Source of the DNA: Parvibaculales bacterium
GTDB taxonomy: Bacteria > Pseudomonadota > Alphaproteobacteria > RS24
Length of the DNA: 25,903 bases
NCBI GenBank assembly: GCA_051010295.1
Contig: JBPCVS010000016.1
Coordinates: forward strand, 1-25,903
Direction of reading: 5' to 3'
The notes beneath the pieces were generated by a model. That model ran no database searches, was not told the DNA's origin, and worked only from the letters and a program-made list of their open reading frames with translations. Positions within the stretch are counted from its first letter, which is position 1, and each line of letters starts with the position of its first letter. Below are positions 1 through 8,963 of this stretch, one piece after another. Both the position numbers and the translations under genes were made by a program.

Positions 1-14
1 AAAGCGCGGAAGGC

Positions 15-50
15 GCACTAATGTTGCGCTAATGCGCAACAAGTGCTTTT
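15..50 (+). terminator. Putative intrinsic terminator of an upstream gene
   Basis: Stem tgttgcgc (22-29), loop taat, gcgcaaca (34-41), extended by gcac (15-18)/gtgc (43-46) and followed by tttt (47-50). An open frame KARKAH-TAA ends at 21. Confidence 0.4.
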
Positions 51-98
51 ACCGCGTTAAGCGGTTGGCGACCCGTTCATTTTTTTTACAAAGTCTAT

Positions 99-366
99 GT
101 CGGTGCGTCAATCCGTGCTTCGCACGGATGCGCCCGACAGACTTTGAATAGCCGTCATCCGCTTGACGCGGATGAACGTATAAGAGAAAAACAAAAACAG
201 GGTGTGAATGGGAAAAGAATAAACGTCCATCTGCGCCAGCAGATGGCGGCACGTCCCAAGCGGCTGCGTATCCGTGCGTAGCACGGATTGGCGCATAGCT
301 CGCTTGGGAGAAAGAACAACAGGAAGCCAAAACCAAAAACAGGCCGCACATGGGAAAAGAATAAAC
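99..366. repeat. Cluster of REP-like palindromes with a duplicated purine-rich motif
   Basis: The hairpin core atccgtgc-N3-gcacggat occurs at 111-129 and 270-288. A third hairpin tcatccgc-ttgac-gcggatga is at 155-175. The motif caaaaacagg-N6-atgggaaaagaataaac occurs at 192-224 and 334-366. Confidence 0.75.
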
Positions 367-411
367 CAGCTTATCCTTGAAATTTATAATAAACGCATTA
401 CTCTGGCGCAG

Positions 412-1275
412 ATGAATAGCACCAGCGACACTTCCCAAAATCTCCAAAATCAGGGGCATCAGGCGGTAAATGCCGAAAATTATCGGCAATTTGGGGTGCG
501 GCATTTTGGCTATTTCAACTATCTTGGCTTGTGGACTTTATATCGCAAAGAGGTGCAACGTTTTATCAAAGTCTGGATGCAGACTTTTGTTGCCCCAGTG
601 GTTACGACGCTTTTATTTCTGGCGATTTTTTCGGTGGCTTTGGCGGGGCTTCGGCCTGATATTAACGGCTTGCCTTTTGTCAATTTTCTTGCGCCGGGGT
701 TGATTATGATGGCGGTGGTGCAAAACGCTTTTGCCAATTCTTCCTCATCTTTATTGGTGGCCAAAGTGCAAGGCACGGTGGTGGATATTTTAATGCCGCC
801 CATTTCGCCTTTAGAGCTTAATATCGCAATCTCTATCGGCGGTGTAACGCGGGGCGTGGCGGTGGGTTTTGGCACTTATCTGGGCATGATATGGTTTGTG
901 CCTTTGGCAATTTATGATGTGCCAGCATTGTTGTTTTATGCTTTTGTGCCATCGCTGATTATGGCGCAGTTGGGGCTATTGGCGGGCATTTGGGCTGAAA
1001 AATTTGACCATATGGCGGCGGTCACCAATTTTCTCATCACGCCCTTATCATTTTTGTCTGGCACTTTTTATTCGGTGCAACAATTACCAGATTTTGCGCA
1101 CACCATCACGCAATATAATCCGTTTTTCTATATGATTGATGGTATCCGCTATGCCATGACAGGCCATAGCGAGGGCAGTTTGCTATTTGGCATTATGTTT
1201 CTCACGGGGCTGGCACTCATTTTGGGTGTGGCTTGCCAGCGCATATTGATGACAGGCTATCGCCTAAAAAGCTAG
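412..1275 (+). CDS. ABC-2 type transporter permease (YadH-like)
   Basis: Motifs LWTLYRKEVQRF, FLAPGLIMM, NAFANSSSS, P..FLSGTFYS and NPFFYMIDGIRY with multiple TM segments. Start moved from 274 to ATG 412 because 274-411 is repeat-derived sequence. Confidence 0.9.
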   Translation: MNSTSDTSQNLQNQGHQAVNAENYRQFGVRHFGYFNYLGLWTLYRKEVQRFIKVWMQTFVAPVVTTLLFLAIFSVALAGLRPDINGLPFVNFLAPGLIMMAVVQNAFANSSSSLLVAKVQGTVVDILMPPISPLELNIAISIGGVTRGVAVGFGTYLGMIWFVPLAIYDVPALLFYAFVPSLIMAQLGLLAGIWAEKFDHMAAVTNFLITPLSFLSGTFYSVQQLPDFAHTITQYNPFFYMIDGIRYAMTGHSEGSLLFGIMFLTGLALILGVACQRILMTGYRLKS

Positions 1276-1277
1276 CA

Positions 1278-1306
1278 TTTACCAAATGGGGTAGATTTGC
1301 TATAAG
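1278..1306 (+). promoter_or_regulatory. Putative sigma70 promoter for the argD operon
   Basis: tttacc (1278-1283), a 17-nt spacer, then tataag (1301-1306). Confidence 0.45.
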
Positions 1307-1316
1307 CCAAGTGAAT

Positions 1317-1339
1317 GCCGCCAATGGGCGGCTTTTTCG
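1317..1339 (+). terminator. GC hairpin with T-tract upstream of argD
   Basis: gccgcc-aatg-ggcggc followed by tttttcg. Confidence 0.5.
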
Positions 1340-1352
1340 TTAAGGGGTTGGT

Positions 1353-2561
1353 ATGAAAAACAACGCGCCTGATTATATATTGCCGACCTATCGGCGTAGC
1401 CCATTGGCTTTTGTCAGTGGCGAAGGCGCGTGGCTAACAGCCAGCGATGGCACGCGCTATCTTGATTTTAGCTCAGGCATTGCCGTCAATACATTAGGCC
1501 ATGCCGCGCCCGAATTGGTGGCGGCATTGACCGCCCAAGCGCAAAAATTATGGCATGTATCCAATCTTTATCAAATTCCCGAACAGCAAGAATTAGCCGC
1601 TTTATTATGCGCCCATAGTTTTGCCGATTTGGTGTTTTTCTGCAATTCTGGTGCCGAAGCAGTGGAGGGCACAATTAAAACGATGCGCAAATATCACGCC
1701 GCAATGGGCGCGCCTAAACGAAAAACCATTATTGGCTTTGCGGGGGCGTTTCATGGCCGCACTTTGACGGCTTTGGCGGCAGCCGGCAATGCCGACAAGC
1801 TGGCAGATTTTGGCCCCGTGCCGCAGGGTTTTGTGCAATGTGCGCAATTTGATATTGCCGCGCTGGAAAAATTGATTGATGACACCACCGCAGGCATTTT
1901 GCTAGAGCCCGTGCAGGGCGAAGGCGGGGTGCGCGATGTTGGCACCGCGTTTTTGCGTGCGGTGCGCGCCCTATGCGACAAACATGATATTTTGCTGGCG
2001 TTGGACGAGGTGCAATGCGGTATTGGCCGCACGGGAAAATTATTTGCCCATGAATGGGCGGGCATTACCCCCGATATAATGGCCATTGCCAAAGGCATTG
2101 GCGGCGGTTTTCCGCTTGGCGCATTTCTCACCACGCGCAAAATTGGTGCGGTCATGCAGGCTGGCACACATGGCTCAACTTTTGGCGGCAATCCATTGGC
2201 TTGTGCGGTGGGGCTGGCGGTTATGCAGATTGTGCTAGGCGATGGGTTTTTGCAAAATGTGCAAAATCAGGCACTTTATTTGCGGCAAAAACTGGCTGAA
2301 CTGGTGGATAGCGACCCCGATATTTTTACCAATATAAGCGGGCGCGGTTTGATGATTGGGCTACACTGCCAGCCACCCAATGCCGATGTGGTGGCGGCTT
2401 TGCGCGATGTGCAACTGCTCACAGTGCGGGCGGCCAATAATGTGCTGCGGCTGTTGCCGCCGCTTAATGTAACGCACACTGATATTGATACTGCGATTGA
2501 TAAACTCAAAACCGCCTGCGTATCTTTGCAAACACCAAATAAAGGGGTGCGCCATGAGTAA
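1353..2561 (+). CDS. argD: Acetylornithine aminotransferase (class III PLP aminotransferase)
   Basis: Motifs SGAEAVE, FHGRT, EPVQGEGG, DEVQCGIGRTG, AKGIGGGFP (PLP lysine) and HGSTFGGNP; directly upstream of argF. Confidence 0.93.
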   Translation: MKNNAPDYILPTYRRSPLAFVSGEGAWLTASDGTRYLDFSSGIAVNTLGHAAPELVAALTAQAQKLWHVSNLYQIPEQQELAALLCAHSFADLVFFCNSGAEAVEGTIKTMRKYHAAMGAPKRKTIIGFAGAFHGRTLTALAAAGNADKLADFGPVPQGFVQCAQFDIAALEKLIDDTTAGILLEPVQGEGGVRDVGTAFLRAVRALCDKHDILLALDEVQCGIGRTGKLFAHEWAGITPDIMAIAKGIGGGFPLGAFLTTRKIGAVMQAGTHGSTFGGNPLACAVGLAVMQIVLGDGFLQNVQNQALYLRQKLAELVDSDPDIFTNISGRGLMIGLHCQPPNADVVAALRDVQLLTVRAANNVLRLLPPLNVTHTDIDTAIDKLKTACVSLQTPNKGVRHE

Positions 2562-3516
2562 AAATGCCCAAGATTTTATTGATTTAGCCGCTTTGTCGCC
2601 TGATGCTTTGCGCGCTCTGCTTGATGTTGCCCATGCACGCAAGGCGGCGCGGGTGGGCTATCCAAAAGCCCAAGCCGATGCGGACGCGCCTTTGCAAAAT
2701 TATATGTTGGCGATGGTGTTTGACAAACCTTCCACCCGCACCCGATTATCATTTGATTTGGCAATGCGCCAGCTCGGCGGCAATACTATGATTATCAATC
2801 GTGACGATACGCATTTGCATCGGGGCGAAAGCTTGTCGGATACCGCGCAAGTGGTGTCGCGCTTTGCCGATATTGCTATGTTGCGCACGGGCGCGCATGA
2901 AAATTTGGCCAAATTTGCCGCCACCGCCGATATTCCAGTGATAAATGGACTCACGGCACATAGTCATCCGTGCCAAATTGTGGCTGATTTAATGACTTTT
3001 GAAGAGCATAAGGGGCGTTTATCTGGCCAAATTTTGGCGTGGGTGGGCGATGGCAATAATGTTGCGGTGTCGCTGATACAAGCGGCAGCCTTGTTGCCTT
3101 TTGAATTGGCTTTGGCGTGTCCGCCAGATTTTATGGTGGCCGAAAAACTGATTGCTGGGGCGCGCAAAAAAGGCGCGAAAATCACCCTATGCGACACCGC
3201 AGAAATGGCGGCTACAGGTGCATCTGCACTGATGACCGATTGCTGGGTGTCAATGAATGATAACCCCGCCACGGCACAAAAACGCCAAGCCGCTTTCGCG
3301 CCTTTTAAGGTTACGCAAGCTTTGATGGATTTGGGCGATAATCCAATTTTTCTGCATTGCTTGCCCGCCTATCGCGATGAAGAGGTAACGGCAGAAGTGA
3401 TTGATGGGGCGCAATCGGTGGTGTTTGATGAGGCGGAAAATCGTTGCCACGCGCAAAAAGCCATTTTGTTATATTGTCTTGCAGATAATGTGGGCCTTGC
3501 AGATAAAGTGCAGTAA
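2554..3516 (+). CDS. argF: Ornithine carbamoyltransferase
   Basis: Motifs STRT, HPCQ, GDGNNV and LHCLP. ATG 2554 overlaps the argD 3' end, behind an aggggtg SD-like sequence. Confidence 0.95.
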   Translation: MSKNAQDFIDLAALSPDALRALLDVAHARKAARVGYPKAQADADAPLQNYMLAMVFDKPSTRTRLSFDLAMRQLGGNTMIINRDDTHLHRGESLSDTAQVVSRFADIAMLRTGAHENLAKFAATADIPVINGLTAHSHPCQIVADLMTFEEHKGRLSGQILAWVGDGNNVAVSLIQAAALLPFELALACPPDFMVAEKLIAGARKKGAKITLCDTAEMAATGASALMTDCWVSMNDNPATAQKRQAAFAPFKVTQALMDLGDNPIFLHCLPAYRDEEVTAEVIDGAQSVVFDEAENRCHAQKAILLYCLADNVGLADKVQ

Positions 3517-3521
3517 ATTTG

Positions 3522-4448
3522 ATGGTCGCACCACCGCACACAGAAACTGATTTTATCCGCCCTTTCCGCATTGAGGGACAAAATGTTAATGGCCGCATTG
3601 TTCGGTTGCAGGCAGTCGTAACCGATATTTTAACGCGCCATAATTATCCCGATGTCATAAATCATTTGCTTAGCGAAGCACTGGTTTTGGCCGCCATGTT
3701 GGGCAGTAGTCTAAAATTTGATGGCCGCTTTATCTTGCAACTACAAGGTGCAGGCGCGATTTCTATGTTAATGGCCGAATATAAATCGGCAGGCGAGATG
3801 CGCGCCTATGCGCGATTTGATGCCGAAACATTGGCGGCGGCACAAAAAAGCGGGGTGCAAGGTTTGGCTCTCATGCAGTCTGATAAACAGGCGGCACACA
3901 TGGCTTTCACCATTGAACAGCGCACCGATGGAGAAAATTATCAAGGCATTGTGTCGCTTGAGGGCGATAATTTGGCACAAGCCGCGCTGGGTTATTTTGA
4001 ACGTTCTGAGCAAATTTCTACACGGCTGAAATTGGCCAGTGCGCCGATTATTCTACGAGCGGGTAAAACTAAATGGTGCGCGGGCGGCATCATGTTGCAA
4101 CAAGCCCCCGATATAGGCGGCAAAATGCCCTCTTTGCGGCAAGATGATGATTGGCATCGGCTGGCTATTTTGTTGGATACCACACAAGATAGCGAATTGC
4201 TGGATAACACAATTAACGTGGAAAAGCTGCTTTATCGGTTGTTTAATGAAGATGATGTGCGGCTTTTTGAACCGCGTGTTTTGCGCTTTTTGTGTTCGTG
4301 TTCGCGCCTGCGGGTGCAAAATATGCTCCGCGCTCTGCCAGATACAGAGCGGACGCAAATGCAGGTTGAAGATAAAATTGAGGTGCGGTGCGAGTTTTGT
4401 GCGAAACTATATCAGTTTTCGCCGCAAGAGGCTTTTACGGCTGATTAA
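3522..4448 (+). CDS. hslO: Hsp33 redox-regulated chaperone
   Basis: C-terminal CSC...CEFC zinc centre, YFERSEQI and AGGIMLQ motifs; argD-argF-hslO order. Start is ATG 3522 or TTG 3519. Confidence 0.92.
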   Translation: MVAPPHTETDFIRPFRIEGQNVNGRIVRLQAVVTDILTRHNYPDVINHLLSEALVLAAMLGSSLKFDGRFILQLQGAGAISMLMAEYKSAGEMRAYARFDAETLAAAQKSGVQGLALMQSDKQAAHMAFTIEQRTDGENYQGIVSLEGDNLAQAALGYFERSEQISTRLKLASAPIILRAGKTKWCAGGIMLQQAPDIGGKMPSLRQDDDWHRLAILLDTTQDSELLDNTINVEKLLYRLFNEDDVRLFEPRVLRFLCSCSRLRVQNMLRALPDTERTQMQVEDKIEVRCEFCAKLYQFSPQEAFTAD

Positions 4449-4479
4449 ATCTATGACTGATAAAAGGTGCGTTTGGCGT

Positions 4480-4500
4480 TATATAATGGCATATTATATA
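4480..4500. promoter_or_regulatory. Operator-like palindrome overlapping a TATAAT hexamer
   Basis: tatataat-ggcat-attatata, a perfect 8-bp inverted repeat, 35 nt upstream of the RND adaptor gene. Confidence 0.45.
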
Positions 4501-4535
4501 GGGTATAGATAAATGTCTCAATTTATGAGCCAAAG

Positions 4536-5804
4536 GTGATTATGCGCGCATTACAAAATTTACGACATTATGGTGTCGGCCTGTTTGGGTCGTGCTTGGC
4601 AATGGTTGCTCATTTGGCCAGCTTTTTGCGCCTGCGAAGAAAGGGCTGGCGGGTTGTGTTGCCATTTATGGTGATTGCGCTGGCTTTTTCTGGCTTTTCG
4701 CTATTGCTGATGACGCGGCCTGAAACCCGCCCGTCAAAAAATCTGGAGCGCGTTTGGCCAGTGGCCGCACTTGATGTTGAGCGCGTTACCTATGTGCCGC
4801 ATATTCGTGCCTTTGGCGAGTTACGCGCCCGCCGCCAGATTGATTTACGCACCCAAGTAGCGGGTGAGGTGATAGTGACTTCCGAGCAATTTGAAAATGG
4901 TTCGCGGGTTGGGGCGAATGATGTGTTGTTGCAGATTGACCCATTTCATTATGAGGCCGCCTTGCGCGATACTGAAGCACAACTAAAAGGCGCAAATGCT
5001 GTTTTGGCCGAGCGCAAAGCGGCAATTATCCAAGCTGAAAATGATTGGCGGCGCACCACGGAATTGGCAAAAAAGGGTACGGTTTCGCAAAAAACATTAG
5101 ATGACCGCACAACTGAGTTGACCATTCAAAAAGCCCGCCATGACCAACAGCAAGCAGTGGTTGATAGGGCTGGTGTTGCCCGCGATCGTGCCCGCCGCGA
5201 CCTTGCAAACACCAAACTTACCGCGCCTTTTAATGCCCATATAAGCAACATTGCGGCACGCAAAGGGCGGGTTTTGAACCCGAATGACCGCGTTGCCACT
5301 TTGTCGGATGCTGATGCTTTTGAAATTATTTTCAATCTATCAGATGCTGATTATGGGCGGTTTTTGGCGCGTGATGCTGATATTATTGGCCAGCACCTTG
5401 CGGCGGTTTGGGCGTTAGGTAGCCAATCGGTTAAATTACAGGCCGAAATTCGCCGCGTTGGTGCGAATATCTCGCAAAGCACACGCGGGGTTGATGTCTA
5501 TGCCCGCGTGTTGGGGGCGGTGCCGTCTAATTTGCGCGGGGGTGCTTTTGTAACGATTGATTTGCAATCGCGCCCAGTGCCAGATGTTATGGTTGTGCCG
5601 CGCCGTGCTGTCTATGGCGATAATCAGGTATTTGTTGTGGTGCATGGGCGGCTAGAGACGCGCAAGCTAGAAAAATTTATTGATTTAGGCAATGTATTGC
5701 TGGTTAGCGAGGGGCTGGTGGCGCATGATAAATTATTGGTTACGCGCTTTAATGAAGCCGCGCCCGGGGTCAGTGTCAAAATTATTGATGAGGGCAATTC
5801 ATGA
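4536..5804 (+). CDS. RND efflux periplasmic adaptor (membrane fusion protein)
   Basis: N-terminal TM; lipoyl-like halves (QVAGEVI / TKLTAPFNA) around a coiled-coil hairpin; stop overlaps the RND permease start (ATGA). Confidence 0.9.
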   Translation: MIMRALQNLRHYGVGLFGSCLAMVAHLASFLRLRRKGWRVVLPFMVIALAFSGFSLLLMTRPETRPSKNLERVWPVAALDVERVTYVPHIRAFGELRARRQIDLRTQVAGEVIVTSEQFENGSRVGANDVLLQIDPFHYEAALRDTEAQLKGANAVLAERKAAIIQAENDWRRTTELAKKGTVSQKTLDDRTTELTIQKARHDQQQAVVDRAGVARDRARRDLANTKLTAPFNAHISNIAARKGRVLNPNDRVATLSDADAFEIIFNLSDADYGRFLARDADIIGQHLAAVWALGSQSVKLQAEIRRVGANISQSTRGVDVYARVLGAVPSNLRGGAFVTIDLQSRPVPDVMVVPRRAVYGDNQVFVVVHGRLETRKLEKFIDLGNVLLVSEGLVAHDKLLVTRFNEAAPGVSVKIIDEGNS

Positions 5805-8800
5805 ATCCACTTATTGCCGCCATTGAATTATTTTCACGTCATCGCAATGCCGCCAATCTGCTATTTATCTCAATGATTATGTTTGGGTTTTTTGGGCTGT
5901 CGCAGCTCAATAGGCAATTTTTCCCCACTGTTGATGTCAAAAATGTCACCATTCGTGTCAACTGGCCGGGGGCGACCGCGCAAGATATTGATAAAAATAT
6001 CGTGGCCGCTATTCAGCCAGAAATCCGTTTTCTTGATGGCGTTAAAGAGGTGCGTAGCGAGTCGCGGCAGAGTTTTGCCGCTATCACGATGGAATTTAAT
6101 GCCGAAACCGATATGCAACGCGCTGTAGCTGATGTTGAGGCGGCGGTTAATGCTGTTACCACTTTGCCCAAAGAGGCCGAACGTCCGATTATCAAACAGG
6201 AGATTTTTTTTGAGCCTATCGCTTCTTTGCTGGTGAGTGGGCCTTATGATGAGGCGGTTTTGCGCACCTATGCCAAAAATTTGCGCGATGGTTTGTTGGC
6301 AGCAGGTGTTGATAAAATTGAATTTGAGGCTTTGCGTGAGCCAGAGATTTGGATTTCAACCCGCCCCGAGCAGTTGCGCCGCTATAATTTAACCCCACAA
6401 CTGATTGCCGCCCGTGTTGAAAATAGCTCGTTAGATGTGCCGGGCGGTATTTTGCGTGGCGCGGTTGAACAACAGGTGCGCGCCGTTGGGTTGGCGATGA
6501 GTGCCGAAGAAGTGGGTAACATTGATTTACGCACCTTACCCGATGGGCGGCAGTTAAAAATCCGTGATGTTGCACAGGTGCATGAGACTTTTGATGCGTC
6601 AAAGGCAAATGGTTATTATCGTGGCAATCTGGCTATTCGGCTGACAATTTCACGCAGTAAAAATTCTGACGCGCTGGAAGCCACCGCAAAAATTCGTGAC
6701 TATCTGGCGACAACCATTCCCACTTTACCGCCCAGCCTCACAGTCAAATTGTTCAATGTGAGTAGCAATAAAATTATCCAGCGCATCAATGTGTTGCTTT
6801 ATAATGGGCTGACTGGCATGGCATTGGTATTGTGCATTTTGTTTTTGTTTTTGAATAGCCGTATCGCCTTTTGGGTGGCGATGGGTATTCCTGCCTCCAT
6901 GATGGCCACATTTGGGGTTATGCTGATGTTGGGCATGAGTATCAATATGTTGTCTATGTTTGCGCTGATTATGACGATTGGTATTATTGTTGATGATGCT
7001 ATTGTGGTGGGCGAACATGCCGCCACATTGTCGGAACAAGGCATGAATGCGCAACAAGCCGCAGAAGGCGGGGCGATACGCATGACCATGCCGATTATCG
7101 CGGCGGCTTTGACCACATTGGCTGCTTTTTTGTCGGTGTTGATGGTTGAAGGCACATTCGGCCAGATTATCAAACCCATTCCATTGGTTTTGCTTAGTGT
7201 GCTGGTGGCCAGCTTGGTTGAATGTTTTTTAGTTTTGCCCGGTCATCTTAATCATGCTTTGTCGGCCCCGCCCAAAGCCCCGCCAAAATTCAAACAAAAT
7301 TTTCAACAAGCATTTAACAAATTCCGCGATGGTCGTTTTCGCCGTTTCATCACATTAGCCTATGATTATCGCTATACCACCATTGCTGGTGGTATCGGTA
7401 TTTTGGTGGTGTGTATTGGGTTATTATCAAGCGGGCGGGTGCCGTTTCGGTTTTTCCCATCACCTGAAGGCGAAGTTATCAATGCTTATGTGTTTTTTCA
7501 GCCCGGCACGCCCCGCGCCCAAACCCAAGAGGGCGCAAAAAAAGTGGTGGCCGCATTACACCAAGCTGAACGCGAATTGGGGGCTGAGGCTGGCGATGTG
7601 GTTGCGTTAGTTTTTACGCAAATTGGCCGCTCGCGCACCACAATGGGCGATGAGCGCGCTTATGTTTGGGTTGAACTTGTTGCCAGTGAAGACCGCGATA
7701 TTCGCACCCGTGAGATTGTTAAAAAATGGGAATCGCTGATGCCAGAACTGCCAGCTTTGCGCTATATTTTTGTGCGCGAATTGCGTAGCGGCCCGCCGGG
7801 ACGCGATATTGACATTCGGCTAAGCCATGATGACCCCAAAATACTAAAAAAAGCCGCATTGGAAGTGCGCGCCGCATTGGAAAAATATCCGGGCATTTCT
7901 CGCGCCCGCGACAATTTGCACTATAATAAGGAAGAATTATTACTGGAGGTTAATGAGCATGGCGCGGCGCGGGGCTTTAGCAATAATTTTGTTGGCCAAG
8001 CCACGCGGGGCGCGTTGGAGGGGCTGATTGCCAAACGTTTTGCGCGTGAAGATGAAGAGGTTACCATTCGCGTATTATTGCCCCGCGATGCCACAGGCCC
8101 CAATTTGTTGGAAGAGGTGGAATTGCTGATACCCGCCAGCACCCCGCCGCGTTTTGTGCCACTGACCGCTGTGGTAGATGTTGTTGCCCAGCCGGGTTTT
8201 TCAACTGTTCGGCGTGTTGATGGCAAAGTGGCTATCTCAGTCATTGCCGATTATGACGATGCGGCTGGCAACCCCAATAGTGTTTTAACCGCAATCAGCC
8301 AAAAAGCCCTGCCCGATATTGCCGCCAAATATAATGTTACTTTTAGCTTTGGCGGGCGCAACCAAGACCAGCGCGAATCGGTGGGTAATTTATTGCTTGG
8401 CACTTTTATCGGGTTGGGATTGATTTATGTGATTTTGGCTTTTGTGTTTGCCAGCTATTCAAAACCGCTCATTATTATGTCAATTATTCCTTTTGGCTTT
8501 GTCGGCACATTGCTTGGCCATTATATCCAAGGCCATGATTTAACTTTTTTAAGCTTGATTGGTCTGCTTGGCTTGTCGGGGATTTTGGTCAATAACTCAA
8601 TCATTTTAATTGCGCGTATTGAACAACGTCGCCAAACGGGTGAAGCCCTAAAGCTGGCAATTATCAATAGTGTGTGCGACCGCTTCCGTGCTGTTACGCT
8701 CACCTCGCTAACCACTGTGTTAGGGCTGACACCGCTTTTATTTGAAACCAGTATTCAAGCGCAATTTTTATTACCGATGGTGATTACCATTGCGTGGGGG

Positions 8801-8962
8801 CTGGCCATTGCGAGTGTTATTGTTTTGGTGCTGGTGCCAGCTTTGCTTGGGGTGCAAGAAGATGTGCGCCGCCTATTTGCGTCCGCCCACCAGCCCACTC
8901 ACCATTCCGCCCACCAGCCCACCCGGCAGCTTGTTGATACTACCGAAGAAATGGCCGAATAA
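5801..8962 (+). CDS. RND efflux permease (AcrB/AcrD/AcrF family)
   Basis: 1053 aa with two large periplasmic loops; TM4 GIIVDDAIVVGE, RFRAVTLTSLTT and GLTPL motifs. Confidence 0.93.
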   Translation: MNPLIAAIELFSRHRNAANLLFISMIMFGFFGLSQLNRQFFPTVDVKNVTIRVNWPGATAQDIDKNIVAAIQPEIRFLDGVKEVRSESRQSFAAITMEFNAETDMQRAVADVEAAVNAVTTLPKEAERPIIKQEIFFEPIASLLVSGPYDEAVLRTYAKNLRDGLLAAGVDKIEFEALREPEIWISTRPEQLRRYNLTPQLIAARVENSSLDVPGGILRGAVEQQVRAVGLAMSAEEVGNIDLRTLPDGRQLKIRDVAQVHETFDASKANGYYRGNLAIRLTISRSKNSDALEATAKIRDYLATTIPTLPPSLTVKLFNVSSNKIIQRINVLLYNGLTGMALVLCILFLFLNSRIAFWVAMGIPASMMATFGVMLMLGMSINMLSMFALIMTIGIIVDDAIVVGEHAATLSEQGMNAQQAAEGGAIRMTMPIIAAALTTLAAFLSVLMVEGTFGQIIKPIPLVLLSVLVASLVECFLVLPGHLNHALSAPPKAPPKFKQNFQQAFNKFRDGRFRRFITLAYDYRYTTIAGGIGILVVCIGLLSSGRVPFRFFPSPEGEVINAYVFFQPGTPRAQTQEGAKKVVAALHQAERELGAEAGDVVALVFTQIGRSRTTMGDERAYVWVELVASEDRDIRTREIVKKWESLMPELPALRYIFVRELRSGPPGRDIDIRLSHDDPKILKKAALEVRAALEKYPGISRARDNLHYNKEELLLEVNEHGAARGFSNNFVGQATRGALEGLIAKRFAREDEEVTIRVLLPRDATGPNLLEEVELLIPASTPPRFVPLTAVVDVVAQPGFSTVRRVDGKVAISVIADYDDAAGNPNSVLTAISQKALPDIAAKYNVTFSFGGRNQDQRESVGNLLLGTFIGLGLIYVILAFVFASYSKPLIIMSIIPFGFVGTLLGHYIQGHDLTFLSLIGLLGLSGILVNNSIILIARIEQRRQTGEALKLAIINSVCDRFRAVTLTSLTTVLGLTPLLFETSIQAQFLLPMVITIAWGLAIASVIVLVLVPALLGVQEDVRRLFASAHQPTHHSAHQPTRQLVDTTEEMAE
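8882..8922 (+). repeat. 24-bp-period in-frame tandem repeat (SAHQPTHH-SAHQPT)
   Basis: tccgcccaccagcccac at 8882-8898 and 8906-8922. Confidence 0.85.
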
Positions 8963-8963
8963 A

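Noticed and set aside
1-21. 3' end of an upstream CDS (KARKAH*)
   Set aside because: Too short to support an annotation.
192-366. Two direct repeats as a CRISPR mini-array
   Set aside because: Only two copies, 142 bp apart, with a variable internal 6 nt and no cas genes.
49-504. Minus-strand ORFs 49-504, 108-296, 155-349 and the 274-411 extension of the permease
   Set aside because: They run through palindromic repeats and show no recognisable protein motifs.
8570-8620. RND TM10 lacks the AcrB lysine (GILVNNSI)
   Set aside because: VNN/VND-type TM10 motifs are common in non-AcrB RND subfamilies.
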